Part shown: in pieces, positions 20,027-28,728 of the stretch
Position numbering within the stretch: position 1 is the stretch's first letter
Layout: every line of letters starts with the position of its first letter
Source: an uncultured Bryocella sp.
Lineage (GTDB): Bacteria > Acidobacteriota > Terriglobia > Terriglobales > Acidobacteriaceae
Direction: 5' to 3'
NCBI GenBank assembly: GCA_964242585.1
Contig: CAXTBJ010000009.1
Coordinates: 8,991 to 72,990 of the forward strand
DNA: 64,000 bases
Position numbers and translations under genes: made by a program
The notes under the pieces: model-generated
What the model saw: only the letters and a program-made list of their open reading frames with translations
The model's database searches: none
What the model was told of the DNA's origin: nothing

Positions 20027-22372
20027 CTACACCTCCACTGTGGCTGTGACGGGGTGCTGCTCGCGGTTCAGGGGTAGGGCGTGGGTTGGCCAGGGTCCCG
20101 GTTCTACCCAGACCAGGCGTCCCTTTCGCGCAAGCGAGGCAAAGGCGGGCAACCCTGCCTCGGTCGCCTCGGCCGACATGGGACGGCCGATGTGCCAGCC
20201 CTGGGCGCACTCACAGCCCATGGCGGCCAGTTCACGCAGGTCTTCCTCGGTCTCCACTCCCTCGGCGACGACCCGTTTGCCGAGCGATTGGCCGAGCTGC
20301 ACGACCGCGCGCACCAGTTCTTTGCGTTGTAGATCGACGCGCATCTCGGAGACGAAGCTACGGTCCACCTTTACCTCATCGACCGGCAGATTCAGCAGAA
20401 ACGCGAGCGAAGAGTAGCCTGTGCCGAAGTCGTCCAAAGAGATGCGGATACCGTGCGTCCGGGCCGCGGTGAGGGTTTGCTTGGCGAGATCCTGATTCGC
20501 GAGCAGGGCGGTTTCGGTGATTTCGAGCTGCAGTAAACGTGGGGGCAGGTGCGTGCGTTCGAGTGCTTCCAGCACGACCTTCAGGAGGCCGGCATCGGCA
20601 AACTGGCGTGGCGACACATTTACGCTGAGCGAAAGCTCTGTTTGCCAGAGTGAGTTCCACAGAGCCACCTGCCGGCTCGCTTTTTCGAGGATCTGGGCCC
20701 CTAACAGCAGGATCAGGCCTGATTCTTCGGCTAGGGGGATGAACTCCGCCGGGGGGACATCGCCGAAGACCGGATGACGCCAGCGAGCGAGCGCCTCAAA
20801 GCCCGAGATGGACCCGCCCTCCACAGTGAGAATCGGTTGAAAGACCACATCCAGACCGCCCTCCTCCAGCTGGCGACGTAGAGCCGCTTCCATGAGCCAG
20901 CGATGACTCATCTCCTTGCGCAGGCCGGCGTCGAAGAACTGCACGCAATTCTTTCCAAGTTGCTTGGCGCGATACATGGCATGATCCGCTGTGCGCAGCA
21001 GCTCATCGGCCGTCTCTCCGGGGGCCGCCAGCACCACGCCGATGCTGGCCGTGCAATGCAGCTGGTGACCTTTCAGCAGGTAAGCCGGGCGCAATGCCTC
21101 CAGTAGAGTTGCGCCGATCGCCTCGGCCTGCTTGGCGTGGGCAGCCAAGGCGAGCAGGATAAATTCGTCGCCCCCGTGGCGGCAGACGACCGAACCGGCC
21201 GGCGCCGCGATCCGCAGGCGGTTGGCGACGGCAATCAGCAATTGGTCGCCCAGCGCATGACCTAGGCTGTCATTGATGGCTTTGAAGCGGTCGAGATCGA
21301 CAAACACAAGGACTGGCCCGAGACCGGCAGGGGAATCCAGCAGATGCTCCTCCAGGCAGCCGCGCAGTTTCATACGATTACCAAGACCGGTGAGGGTATC
21401 GTGCAGCGCCGTCTTTTCCAGCGATCCATGGGACAGATGCCAGGCACGTTCGCGGGCGTTGGTGCGCAGGGCAAAGAGGGCAAACGCGCCAAAGACCAAG
21501 ATGCCGCCCAGCACCGGAAGATGTACCGCGAGCAGACCGGACACGGCCATGGACAGAAAGGCCAGAATGGCCACACCAAAGCCCTGCGCGCTGCGCGCCG
21601 CCAGCAGCAGACGGCCTGGAGGCTCGTTTCCCAGCGCGGCGGGGTGTTCGTCCCGAAGCAGGATCACGGCAAAGGCGGCAATGGGCAGCGTCCAGACCAG
21701 ATCCATGCCATGGCGCGGCAGCAGACCGCGCCTTTCAAGCAGGATTCCCCCGAGATCCATGGTGCCGTAAATCAGCATGAACTGGAGAAGACGAACGAAG
21801 AAGCGGCGTTCCCCCGCCGAGTGGCAGATGGAAAGCCGCGAAAGGAAACACAGCACCAGGGCGATGTCCTGGATGTCGAAGGCGTTGTCGATATCGAATT
21901 GAATCGACGGCATAAACACGAGCAGGTAGAGCACCGCAAAAAAAAGGAAGACCTGCATACGGTCAAGCCAGCCGACGTAGTCGATCTCCTCCCGCGTCAT
22001 GATCGTGGCCAGCAGCAGAGGCAGATTGGAAAGAATCCACAGCACGTTGTCAGGGCGTACCAGGGAGGGATGCCGCGCGGGAATGAGCATGTAGTACAGG
22101 AAAAAGGCTTGCGCCAGCAACCACAGGCCGAAGGCCGCCGCCACCGCGGTCCAGTGCCGGCGGGCCAAAGCGTTGTTGCTCCGCGCCCGTCGTCGCAGGC
22201 CGACCACGAAGACCAGCGCGGGCGGCAGCAGCTGCAGCACATTCGACACCAGGGCCGGGTGCGGCAGCAGGCAAAGCACCAGAAGGTGCGTCAGTTCCAG
22301 CAACAGCGCGAACCCGATCAGGAGTCTGCGGGTGAGGTCGCCAGGGGGCGCGTGCTGTAGAGGAGTATCCAT
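20027..22372 (-). CDS. Membrane-bound diguanylate cyclase/phosphodiesterase (GGDEF-EAL)
   Basis: Multi-TM N-terminus; intact GGDEF, EAL and DDFGTGYSS; no RxxD I-site; start could be 22438. Confidence 0.92.
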   Translation of the reverse strand: MDTPLQHAPPGDLTRRLLIGFALLLELTHLLVLCLLPHPALVSNVLQLLPPALVFVVGLRRRARSNNALARRHWTAVAAAFGLWLLAQAFFLYYMLIPARHPSLVRPDNVLWILSNLPLLLATIMTREEIDYVGWLDRMQVFLFFAVLYLLVFMPSIQFDIDNAFDIQDIALVLCFLSRLSICHSAGERRFFVRLLQFMLIYGTMDLGGILLERRGLLPRHGMDLVWTLPIAAFAVILLRDEHPAALGNEPPGRLLLAARSAQGFGVAILAFLSMAVSGLLAVHLPVLGGILVFGAFALFALRTNARERAWHLSHGSLEKTALHDTLTGLGNRMKLRGCLEEHLLDSPAGLGPVLVFVDLDRFKAINDSLGHALGDQLLIAVANRLRIAAPAGSVVCRHGGDEFILLALAAHAKQAEAIGATLLEALRPAYLLKGHQLHCTASIGVVLAAPGETADELLRTADHAMYRAKQLGKNCVQFFDAGLRKEMSHRWLMEAALRRQLEEGGLDVVFQPILTVEGGSISGFEALARWRHPVFGDVPPAEFIPLAEESGLILLLGAQILEKASRQVALWNSLWQTELSLSVNVSPRQFADAGLLKVVLEALERTHLPPRLLQLEITETALLANQDLAKQTLTAARTHGIRISLDDFGTGYSSLAFLLNLPVDEVKVDRSFVSEMRVDLQRKELVRAVVQLGQSLGKRVVAEGVETEEDLRELAAMGCECAQGWHIGRPMSAEATEAGLPAFASLARKGRLVWVEPGPWPTHALPLNREQHPVTATVEV

Positions 22373-22549
22373 GCCCGTGGAGCCGGGAAGTCCGGCCTCG
22401 CTACACAAAGTGTGGGGGAACTTGCCGCGAAGGGGCATGGGACAAAAGGGGCAAGGCCCTCAACCATTGGGGTAGAGGGCCTTGCGGAATGGGGTAGAAA
22501 CGCCGCGAATCGAGACAGAAGCGCCTGGAGCACGGCCTGAAAGGCGGAT

Positions 22550-23062
22550 TTAGACGGCGGCGGTGGTGGTAGTTTCCGGTCCAGAGCCGGACACCGCAAC
22601 ATTCTTGGCCAGCGTCTTCTTCTCTGCCCGCCGCTCTGTCTGTCGCTGGGCAGGGCCGTCGCCGGCGGCGGCCACCGATAGGCGGGAGAGTTTGGCGGCG
22701 TGGTTTTCCAGCAGTTTTTCCAGCTGCTGGATTAACTGCGCCGTCTGCATGGGCTTCACCAGCATCTTGTCCGCGCCCATATCCTGCCAGTCCTCGTCGG
22801 AGGTGGGAAAGGCGGTCAGCAGAGCGACGGCAGGGTGGTAGGGCGCGGTGCGGGCGGCCTGGATCACCTCACGGCCGGCGGCATCGGACTCCATCCGCAT
22901 GTCCGTGATCACCATCTGGTACTCCCGCTTTTTTATGCGGGATTTCCCTTCTTTGGCACTGGTGGCGGTATCGACCTCGAAGCCGGAGATCTCAAGGACG
23001 GCTTTCATGGTCAACAGAACGGGAATTTCATCATCGACAAGTAATACGCGGCGTTTCGGCAA
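22550..23062 (-). CDS. Single-domain response regulator with C-terminal tail
   Basis: LLVDDE, ITDMRM, LTA, KP; TTG start with GGAG SD. Confidence 0.9.
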   Translation of the reverse strand: MPKRRVLLVDDEIPVLLTMKAVLEISGFEVDTATSAKEGKSRIKKREYQMVITDMRMESDAAGREVIQAARTAPYHPAVALLTAFPTSDEDWQDMGADKMLVKPMQTAQLIQQLEKLLENHAAKLSRLSVAAAGDGPAQRQTERRAEKKTLAKNVAVSGSGPETTTTAAV

Positions 23063-23376
23063 GTCCTGGTCTCCTTAATCTCTGGCGGTGCTCCCGGCTT
23101 TGAGGGTTGGCTCGGCCGTGGAGCGCGGCGGTACCCCGTGGGGTGTCGGACCTCCGTTCCATGTTCGCAGCTTGTGCGCCCAGGGTGCAAGCCGCGGAGG
23201 AGGGAGGATTTGCGGGCCGCGGAGAATTTTTGCCCGGGATCGTATCGGGCATGGACTTGACGGACACGGTGCCTGAGCCGGCGCGTGGGTTGTGCGGCTA
23301 AACAGCCCCCGGGAGGCCGACCCAAGTAGCGGCCCGAACCGTCTTGGCAGGCCTGAGCCTCGCACCGGACCTTGCG

Positions 23377-23436
23377 CTGCACCTCTTCGTCCTGCACCTC
23401 TTCATCCTGCACCTGTTCGTCCTACACCTGTTCCTC
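23377..23436. repeat. Four 15-bp tandem repeats
   Basis: CT(G/A)CACCT(C/G)TTCNTC x4. Confidence 0.85.
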
Positions 23437-23444
23437 AAGCTACA

Positions 23445-23470
23445 GTGCTATACTCGCGGGTGCTATACTC
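23445..23470 (+). promoter_or_regulatory. Tandemly duplicated extended -10 (TGcTATACT x2) upstream of infC
   Basis: GTGCTATACTC at 23445 and 23460. Confidence 0.6.
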
Positions 23471-23544
23471 CGGTCGGTGAAACGCCCGATACCGGAATCA
23501 CATCTCATGCAACAGCGATCCCCAACGGGGTCCGGAGGCTGCCC

Positions 23545-24165
23545 ATCCCACCGTTTAACGACAAACGTTCGCAGAAGTCTTTTATCCGCACCAACGACCG
23601 TATCCGTGCACGCGAGGTGCGCGTCATCGATGAGAACGGTGACCAACTCGGGGTGATGCAGCCCTTTGAGGCCTTGCGCATCGCCCGTGAGCGATCCCTC
23701 GATCTGGTGGAAATCTCTCCCAACGCCGTGCCGCCGGTCTGCAAGATTCAGGATTACGGCAAGTTTTTGTACGAAAAGGACAAGAGCGAGCGCGCGGCGC
23801 GCAAGACGCAGAAGGTCATCGTCATCAAGGAAGTGAAGTTTTCGGTGACGGTGGACGAGCACGATTACCAAACCAAGAAGAACCAGGCCGCGCGCTTCCT
23901 CGGCGAGGGAGACAAGGTGAAGGCCAGCTTGCGCTTCAAGGGCCGCCAGATGGCGCACCGCGACCTTGGCTACAAGATCATCAACCGGCTGATCATGGAT
24001 ATCGGGGAAACCGGGGTGGTGGAGTTTATGCCGCGCATGGAAGGCACGACGCTGCACGCAATTCTTGCGCCAAGTAAGAAAGCCGTTCCCCCGCCGCCGA
24101 AGGCGCCCAAGCCGGCAGCTACAGAGCCCGCGCCGGTAGCTGCCGTGGCGGCACCGAGCGCGTAA
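23545..24165 (+). CDS. infC: Translation initiation factor IF-3 (non-canonical ATC start)
   Basis: NDRIRAREVRVID, PPVCKIQDYGKF, GDKVK..LRFKGRQ; GGAGG at 23534-23538 then in-frame ATC 6 nt later. Confidence 0.95.
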   Translation: MPPFNDKRSQKSFIRTNDRIRAREVRVIDENGDQLGVMQPFEALRIARERSLDLVEISPNAVPPVCKIQDYGKFLYEKDKSERAARKTQKVIVIKEVKFSVTVDEHDYQTKKNQAARFLGEGDKVKASLRFKGRQMAHRDLGYKIINRLIMDIGETGVVEFMPRMEGTTLHAILAPSKKAVPPPPKAPKPAATEPAPVAAVAAPSA

Positions 24166-24209
24166 ACGGCGTCTCTTGAACGGCGTCTCTTGGGGAACGA
24201 CGTCTCGTG
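24165..24209. repeat. 14-bp tandem repeat x3
   Basis: AACGGCGTCTCTTG x2, then GGG, then AACGACGTCTCGTG. Confidence 0.75.
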
Positions 24210-24320
24210 AGAGATTATGCCGGCTGCGTGGCTTTTTGCGGTCACGGTCTCTCCGCCGAACTGATTCCTTGCTAGACTGGGACCTGCGGTATATTTGCAG
24301 TTACCAGTCAGCAGGACACC

Positions 24321-24518
24321 ATGCCAAAGATGAAGACCCATTCGGGTGCGGCAAAGCGTTTTAAAAAGACGGCCAGCGGCAAATTTAAGCGCGGGCAGTC
24401 AAAGATGCGTCACATTTTGACCTCGAAGAAATCGAAGACCAAGAGCCGGCTCGGCAAAATCGTGCTCGTCTCCGTTGCCGATACTCCCAAGGTCGCCCGC
24501 ATGCTTCCCTACGCTTAG
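24321..24518 (+). CDS. rpmI: 50S ribosomal protein L35
   Basis: [17 protein letters not shown]...RHILT...LPYA. Confidence 0.98.
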   Translation: MPKMKTHSGAAKRFKKTASGKFKRGQSKMRHILTSKKSKTKSRLGKIVLVSVADTPKVARMLPYA

Positions 24519-24526
24519 CCCGGAAA

Positions 24527-24720
24527 GCCAGCTAGCTTTGAAATTTATCTAGCCGGCAACGCCGCCGTATCCTCCCTCCACCTTCGGATCAAGCCGTTCC
24601 GGCGCGCAAGCGACCGGGCACCGGGCCAGCAAGCGTTGAAGGCCCCTGGAGCGCTCCCCGCGAGCACCTCCACCGAGATCCCGAGCAGCAAGCGTGCGAA
24701 GAGGCCATCCTTGCCTCCAG
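24527..24720 (+). promoter_or_regulatory. Candidate structured RNA (ribosomal-protein leader) upstream of rplT
   Basis: Unusually long rpmI-rplT spacer with several hairpins including a GCAA tetraloop. Confidence 0.45.
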
Positions 24721-24756
24721 CCGCCATCACCCAAGCAACGCAAACAGGAGAACACC

Positions 24757-25134
24757 ATGCCCCGTGTTAAACGGAGTACGAAGCGCACCGATCGGCGCAA
24801 GAAGATTCTCAAGCGCGCCAGCGGTTACTTCCTTACAAAGTCTAAGCTCTACCAGGCAGCTCAGGAGGCCGTCGAGCGCGGTCTGAAGTTCGCCTATATC
24901 GGCCGCAAGCAGAAGAAGCGACAGTACCGTTCGCTGTGGATCGTCCGCATCGGCGCCGCGGCCAAAATGCATGGGCTGAGCTATTCAACCTTCATCAACG
25001 GCCTCAAGAAGGCCGGCGTCGGGCTGGACCGCAAGATTCTCGCCGATCTGGCCGTCACGGATACAGCAGGGTTTGCGGCACTCGCCGAGCAGGCAAAGGG
25101 TGCTTTGGCCGGCACGCCGCAGCAGGCCGCCTAG
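24757..25134 (+). CDS. rplT: 50S ribosomal protein L20
   Basis: [24 protein letters not shown]; AGGAG SD. Confidence 0.98.
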   Translation: MPRVKRSTKRTDRRKKILKRASGYFLTKSKLYQAAQEAVERGLKFAYIGRKQKKRQYRSLWIVRIGAAAKMHGLSYSTFINGLKKAGVGLDRKILADLAVTDTAGFAALAEQAKGALAGTPQQAA

Positions 25135-25154
25135 GCCGCCTTTGAAGGCGTTTT

Positions 25155-25186
25155 AAAGAGGGCGTGGCTCCGGCTGCGCCCTCTTT
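25155..25186 (+). terminator. Intrinsic terminator after rplT
   Basis: AAAGAGGGCG...CGCCCTCTTT. Confidence 0.8.
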
Positions 25187-25273
25187 GTGCACCTGCTCCT
25201 GGTAATCACCCGAGGCCGAACGTTCGAGCCGGGAGCTTCTGAGGGGTCAAACATCGCCAGCTACACTCGCTCT

Positions 25274-26215
25274 ATGGGACGACGATGGCGGCCGGTGCCG
25301 CACGGAGCCGGAGTCAGAACCGCCCTTTGCGGCCTGCTTCTGCTTGTAGGCGGGAAGGCTACGGGACAGGCCCCGCAGGTGGCGTTCACCTTTGACGATC
25401 TGCCCGCACACGGTCCGCTGCCGCCGGGCATGGCGCGGCCCGCAGTCGTGGCGAGCCTGCTGAGGACGTTTAAGCAGGAGGGCCTTCCGCCGGTCTATGG
25501 ATTTGTCAACGGCTTTCGCGTGGCGCGTTATCCGTACCAGATCCATATTCTGCAGGCATGGCGTGCGGCGGGCGAGCCGCTGGGGAACCATACCTGGTCG
25601 CATCCCGAGTTGGATAAGCTCTCCGCGGCCCGCTATGAGGCCAATACCGCGCGGAATGAGCCGTTGCTGCGGAGGGTCGATCCCCAGGGCGACTGGCACT
25701 GGTTCCGCTATCCCTTTCTGGAAGAGGGCGATACGGTGAAAAAGCGCGAGGCCGTGCGCGGTTGGCTTGAGGCCCATGGATACCGCATCGCGGAGACCTC
25801 CATGGATTTTCAGGACTATCTTTGGAACGAGCCGTATGCTCGCTGCGTGGCGAAGGGCGATGCGGCCTCAATCCGCGAACTGCACGACACCTATCTCGCG
25901 ACCGCGGATACGTATATCAGTGTGTATCGAGAGCTCGCGCACCGGCTGTATGGCCGCGATGTGCCGTATGTGTTGCTGATGCACGCCGGAGCGTTCGATG
26001 CACACATGCTGCCGGAGCTGATTGCGCTGTTCCGCCGCCGCGGCTTCGGGTTCGCAACGCTGGACGGGGCCATGGCCGATCCGGTCTACCGTGGGGACCC
26101 CCGCATCGCGACCCCGGGCGGGTCTACCTTCAACGAGATGGTGGCTGCCCGGCGGCATGTCGCCGTTCCGGACGCGCAGGAGCCGGACAAGCTGCTGGAC
26201 CGGCTCTGCCGCTAG
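25274..26215 (+). CDS. Polysaccharide deacetylase (CE4)
   Basis: TFDDLP, NHTWSH, FRYPFL, LLMH; signal peptide. Confidence 0.9.
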   Translation: MGRRWRPVPHGAGVRTALCGLLLLVGGKATGQAPQVAFTFDDLPAHGPLPPGMARPAVVASLLRTFKQEGLPPVYGFVNGFRVARYPYQIHILQAWRAAGEPLGNHTWSHPELDKLSAARYEANTARNEPLLRRVDPQGDWHWFRYPFLEEGDTVKKREAVRGWLEAHGYRIAETSMDFQDYLWNEPYARCVAKGDAASIRELHDTYLATADTYISVYRELAHRLYGRDVPYVLLMHAGAFDAHMLPELIALFRRRGFGFATLDGAMADPVYRGDPRIATPGGSTFNEMVAARRHVAVPDAQEPDKLLDRLCR

Positions 26216-26578
26216 GGCATAGGCCGCCCCGTCGAAAAGAATTTCCGCCCCAAGGGCAAACTCCACGTGCTATGCCCTTTTGAGAGGGCGGGCTTTTGAG
26301 AGGGCGGCACGTTGGCCGTTGCCACCGTGCGCACAATGTTGTGTCCGGGTACAAGCAGGCCAACATGCCGCCGCCTCCCAGGAGCATCCCTCCCCCACAA
26401 AGGCCGCATCTGAAGCGGTATAGCAAAGAAAGGCTGCCCGTCTTCCGTGCGGGCAGCACGTTTGCGGACGAGCATGGATGTCTTGACGACCAGACCCCAT
26501 GTTTCTTTGGACCTGTCCTATCCGCGTCCACCATAGCCGCTCCAGACGGCGCCCGTTTCTCTCAGGAGATTGCAGTCC

Positions 26579-27526
26579 ATGTTCAATGCGAAGTTCAGAT
26601 CGCTCCTTCAGCCAGGTGAAAAAGTCACCGCGGAACAGCTTGAGACAGATCGCCAGCTCCTGGCGTTCGATCATGCCGTGAACCAGCTCAGCCGGCGTAA
26701 ATTTACAGGTGGATTCATGGGCGCCATCGCCCTTGTGGTGAGTGGCGGCTTCATCGAGACCCCCAAGGGCTTTGCCCAGGGCACCACGCCGCCGATCACG
26801 GATGTGCTAAACTTCGCGCTCAATCTGGAGTATCTGGAGGCCAATCTTTACTCGATCGTGACCACGGGCAATCCGATCTCCTCCACGTTGATGGGTACCA
26901 GCCCCGGTACGATCACAGGTTCGCCGGGCAAGCTCACCCTGGCCATGGCCACCACCTCGTTGTTTCAGGCCCTTGTGCAGGATGAGACCAACCACATCAA
27001 TCTTCTGCGCAGCACCATCACCTCCCTGGGCGGTACGCCAATAAGCATGCCCAATATTTATTACGCAGCCATGGGCAACATCGAGACCGAGGCGCAGCTC
27101 TACGCGGTGACGCGGCAGTTCACCGCGACGGGCAATGGCGCCTATGCGGGCGCGGCGCAGTTTCTGGTCAGCAACCCGGCTGTACTCACCGTGGCCTCGC
27201 AGATTCTAGCCGCCGAAGGACAGCATCTCGGCGCCGTCAACTTTGAGCTTGTCGTCAGCCCGAATGCCGGTGCCGCGCCGCAGGGTGCCGTCGATTTCCA
27301 GGACACACTTCCGAGCGCGACGCAGTTCTTCAACGTGTTTGTGGCGGGGGCCGCGAACGCGAACACCTCGAACCAGTCGCCCGGTTTGGCACCCGCGCGC
27401 ACCACATCGCAGGATCTCGGCATCGTCTACGGCGTATCCACACCCACGACCCTTACCCCGACCACGGGCATCACCACCGGCGGCTTCTTCCCATCGGGCG
27501 TCAACGGCAATATTCATTCCACCTAG
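26579..27526 (+). CDS. Ferritin-like domain protein (Ferritin_2 / desiccation-related), Tat signal
   Basis: SRRKF Tat motif; DVLNFALNLEYLEA, DETNH, EGQH; AGGAG SD. Confidence 0.88.
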   Translation: MFNAKFRSLLQPGEKVTAEQLETDRQLLAFDHAVNQLSRRKFTGGFMGAIALVVSGGFIETPKGFAQGTTPPITDVLNFALNLEYLEANLYSIVTTGNPISSTLMGTSPGTITGSPGKLTLAMATTSLFQALVQDETNHINLLRSTITSLGGTPISMPNIYYAAMGNIETEAQLYAVTRQFTATGNGAYAGAAQFLVSNPAVLTVASQILAAEGQHLGAVNFELVVSPNAGAAPQGAVDFQDTLPSATQFFNVFVAGAANANTSNQSPGLAPARTTSQDLGIVYGVSTPTTLTPTTGITTGGFFPSGVNGNIHST

Positions 27527-27606
27527 CGCTGAAGCGCTGATTGAAGACGCGAAACCGATTTGGTTTCGCAAACCGACATCCGCAACGCTTCAGGAGGAAA
27601 CACATC

Positions 27607-28545
27607 GTGTCAAAGTTCTCGCAGGATACAACTACCGCTTTGCTTGAGCGCCCGGAGATCGGTTCCGAGGAGCAGCTCATGGCGGAGGCGCAGCAGTTCG
27701 AGCAGGAGCGCACCGCCGCGCGCATGAATCGCCGCAAGCTGATCTCAAATCTGACCATGGCCGCCGGGGCAGCCGGCGCCCTGGGCGTCGCGGGCTGCAG
27801 CAACGCCGGGCCGGTGGCGATCACGGTACCCACCGCCGCCACGCCTTCGGTGCTGGATGTACTCCAGTTTGCCTTGAATCTTGAGTACTTTGAGGCCAGT
27901 TTTTACTCCTACGTCGTGACCGGCAACGGTCTGTCGACCGCGGACATGGGGCCGAACCCGGGCACGGTGACAGGGGGGGCAAAGATCACCTTTACCAACT
28001 CGTACATGGCGAACATCGCGGCCAATCTGATGACCGAGGAGGTGCTGCATGTGGAGCTGCTGCGCGCGACCATTCAGTCGTCCTTCGGCGCGACCCCGGT
28101 CTCGATGCCGAGCCTGAATCTGGCGCCATCTACGGCGCTTACCGCGAATAGCGATGCTACTTTCGCCGCGATTGCGCGTCAGGTGGAGGGCGTGGGCGTC
28201 AGCGCCTACATCGGCGGCGCACAGTACCTCACCAGCAGCCTGCCCGCCTTGAACTATGCCGCGCAGATTCTGGATGTGGAGGCGCAACATGCCGGCGCGT
28301 TGCGGTTCGCGTGTATCCGGCTGGGGGTTACGTCACCCGCGGCCGATGCGCTTGACATGCCGCCGGCGATCACCCAGATCTTCAACACGAACAGCATGAC
28401 CGGGCTCAATCCCGTGCGGACCACGGCCCAGGTGCTCGGCATTGTGTATGGCGTTTCGAACTCCTCCACTACCACGCCACCCACGGGGGTCGTCAAGGGC
28501 GGCTTCTTCCCGAACGGTCTGAACGGCAATATCTTCAGCACCTAG
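27607..28545 (+). CDS. Ferritin-like domain protein, Tat lipoprotein
   Basis: GTG after AGGAGG; NRRKL plus VAGC lipobox; LNLEYFEA, EVLH, QVEGVG, EAQH. Confidence 0.88.
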   Translation: MSKFSQDTTTALLERPEIGSEEQLMAEAQQFEQERTAARMNRRKLISNLTMAAGAAGALGVAGCSNAGPVAITVPTAATPSVLDVLQFALNLEYFEASFYSYVVTGNGLSTADMGPNPGTVTGGAKITFTNSYMANIAANLMTEEVLHVELLRATIQSSFGATPVSMPSLNLAPSTALTANSDATFAAIARQVEGVGVSAYIGGAQYLTSSLPALNYAAQILDVEAQHAGALRFACIRLGVTSPAADALDMPPAITQIFNTNSMTGLNPVRTTAQVLGIVYGVSNSSTTTPPTGVVKGGFFPNGLNGNIFST

Positions 28546-28606
28546 CCTTACGGAAGCGTCGGGAGCTGCGGCACACCGGCCGTTGCTCCTGACCTTACGC
28601 CACTCC

Positions 28607-28658
28607 AAGGACCTGCTTTACCTGGGCGCTATCGGCACTCGGGCTCGAGCAGGTCCTT
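28607..28658. terminator. Hairpin between convergent genes
   Basis: AAGGACCTGCTT...GAGCAGGTCCTT(TG). Confidence 0.55.
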
Positions 28659-28728
28659 TGCCGTTCAGAAGATCAGATTTAGAGCGGAGCTTGCGGTGGT
28701 TTTTAGCGATGTGTTTTTACCTGTCCGG

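Noticed and set aside
23344-23544. N-terminal extension of IF-3 (LHLFV repeats) from the ORF track
   Set aside because: It translates a promoter-region tandem repeat; the SD plus ATC at 23545 explains the gene better
26240-26320. c-di-GMP-I riboswitch suggested by AGGGCAAAC
   Set aside because: The downstream GAAA-loop / GACGCAAAGC elements are absent
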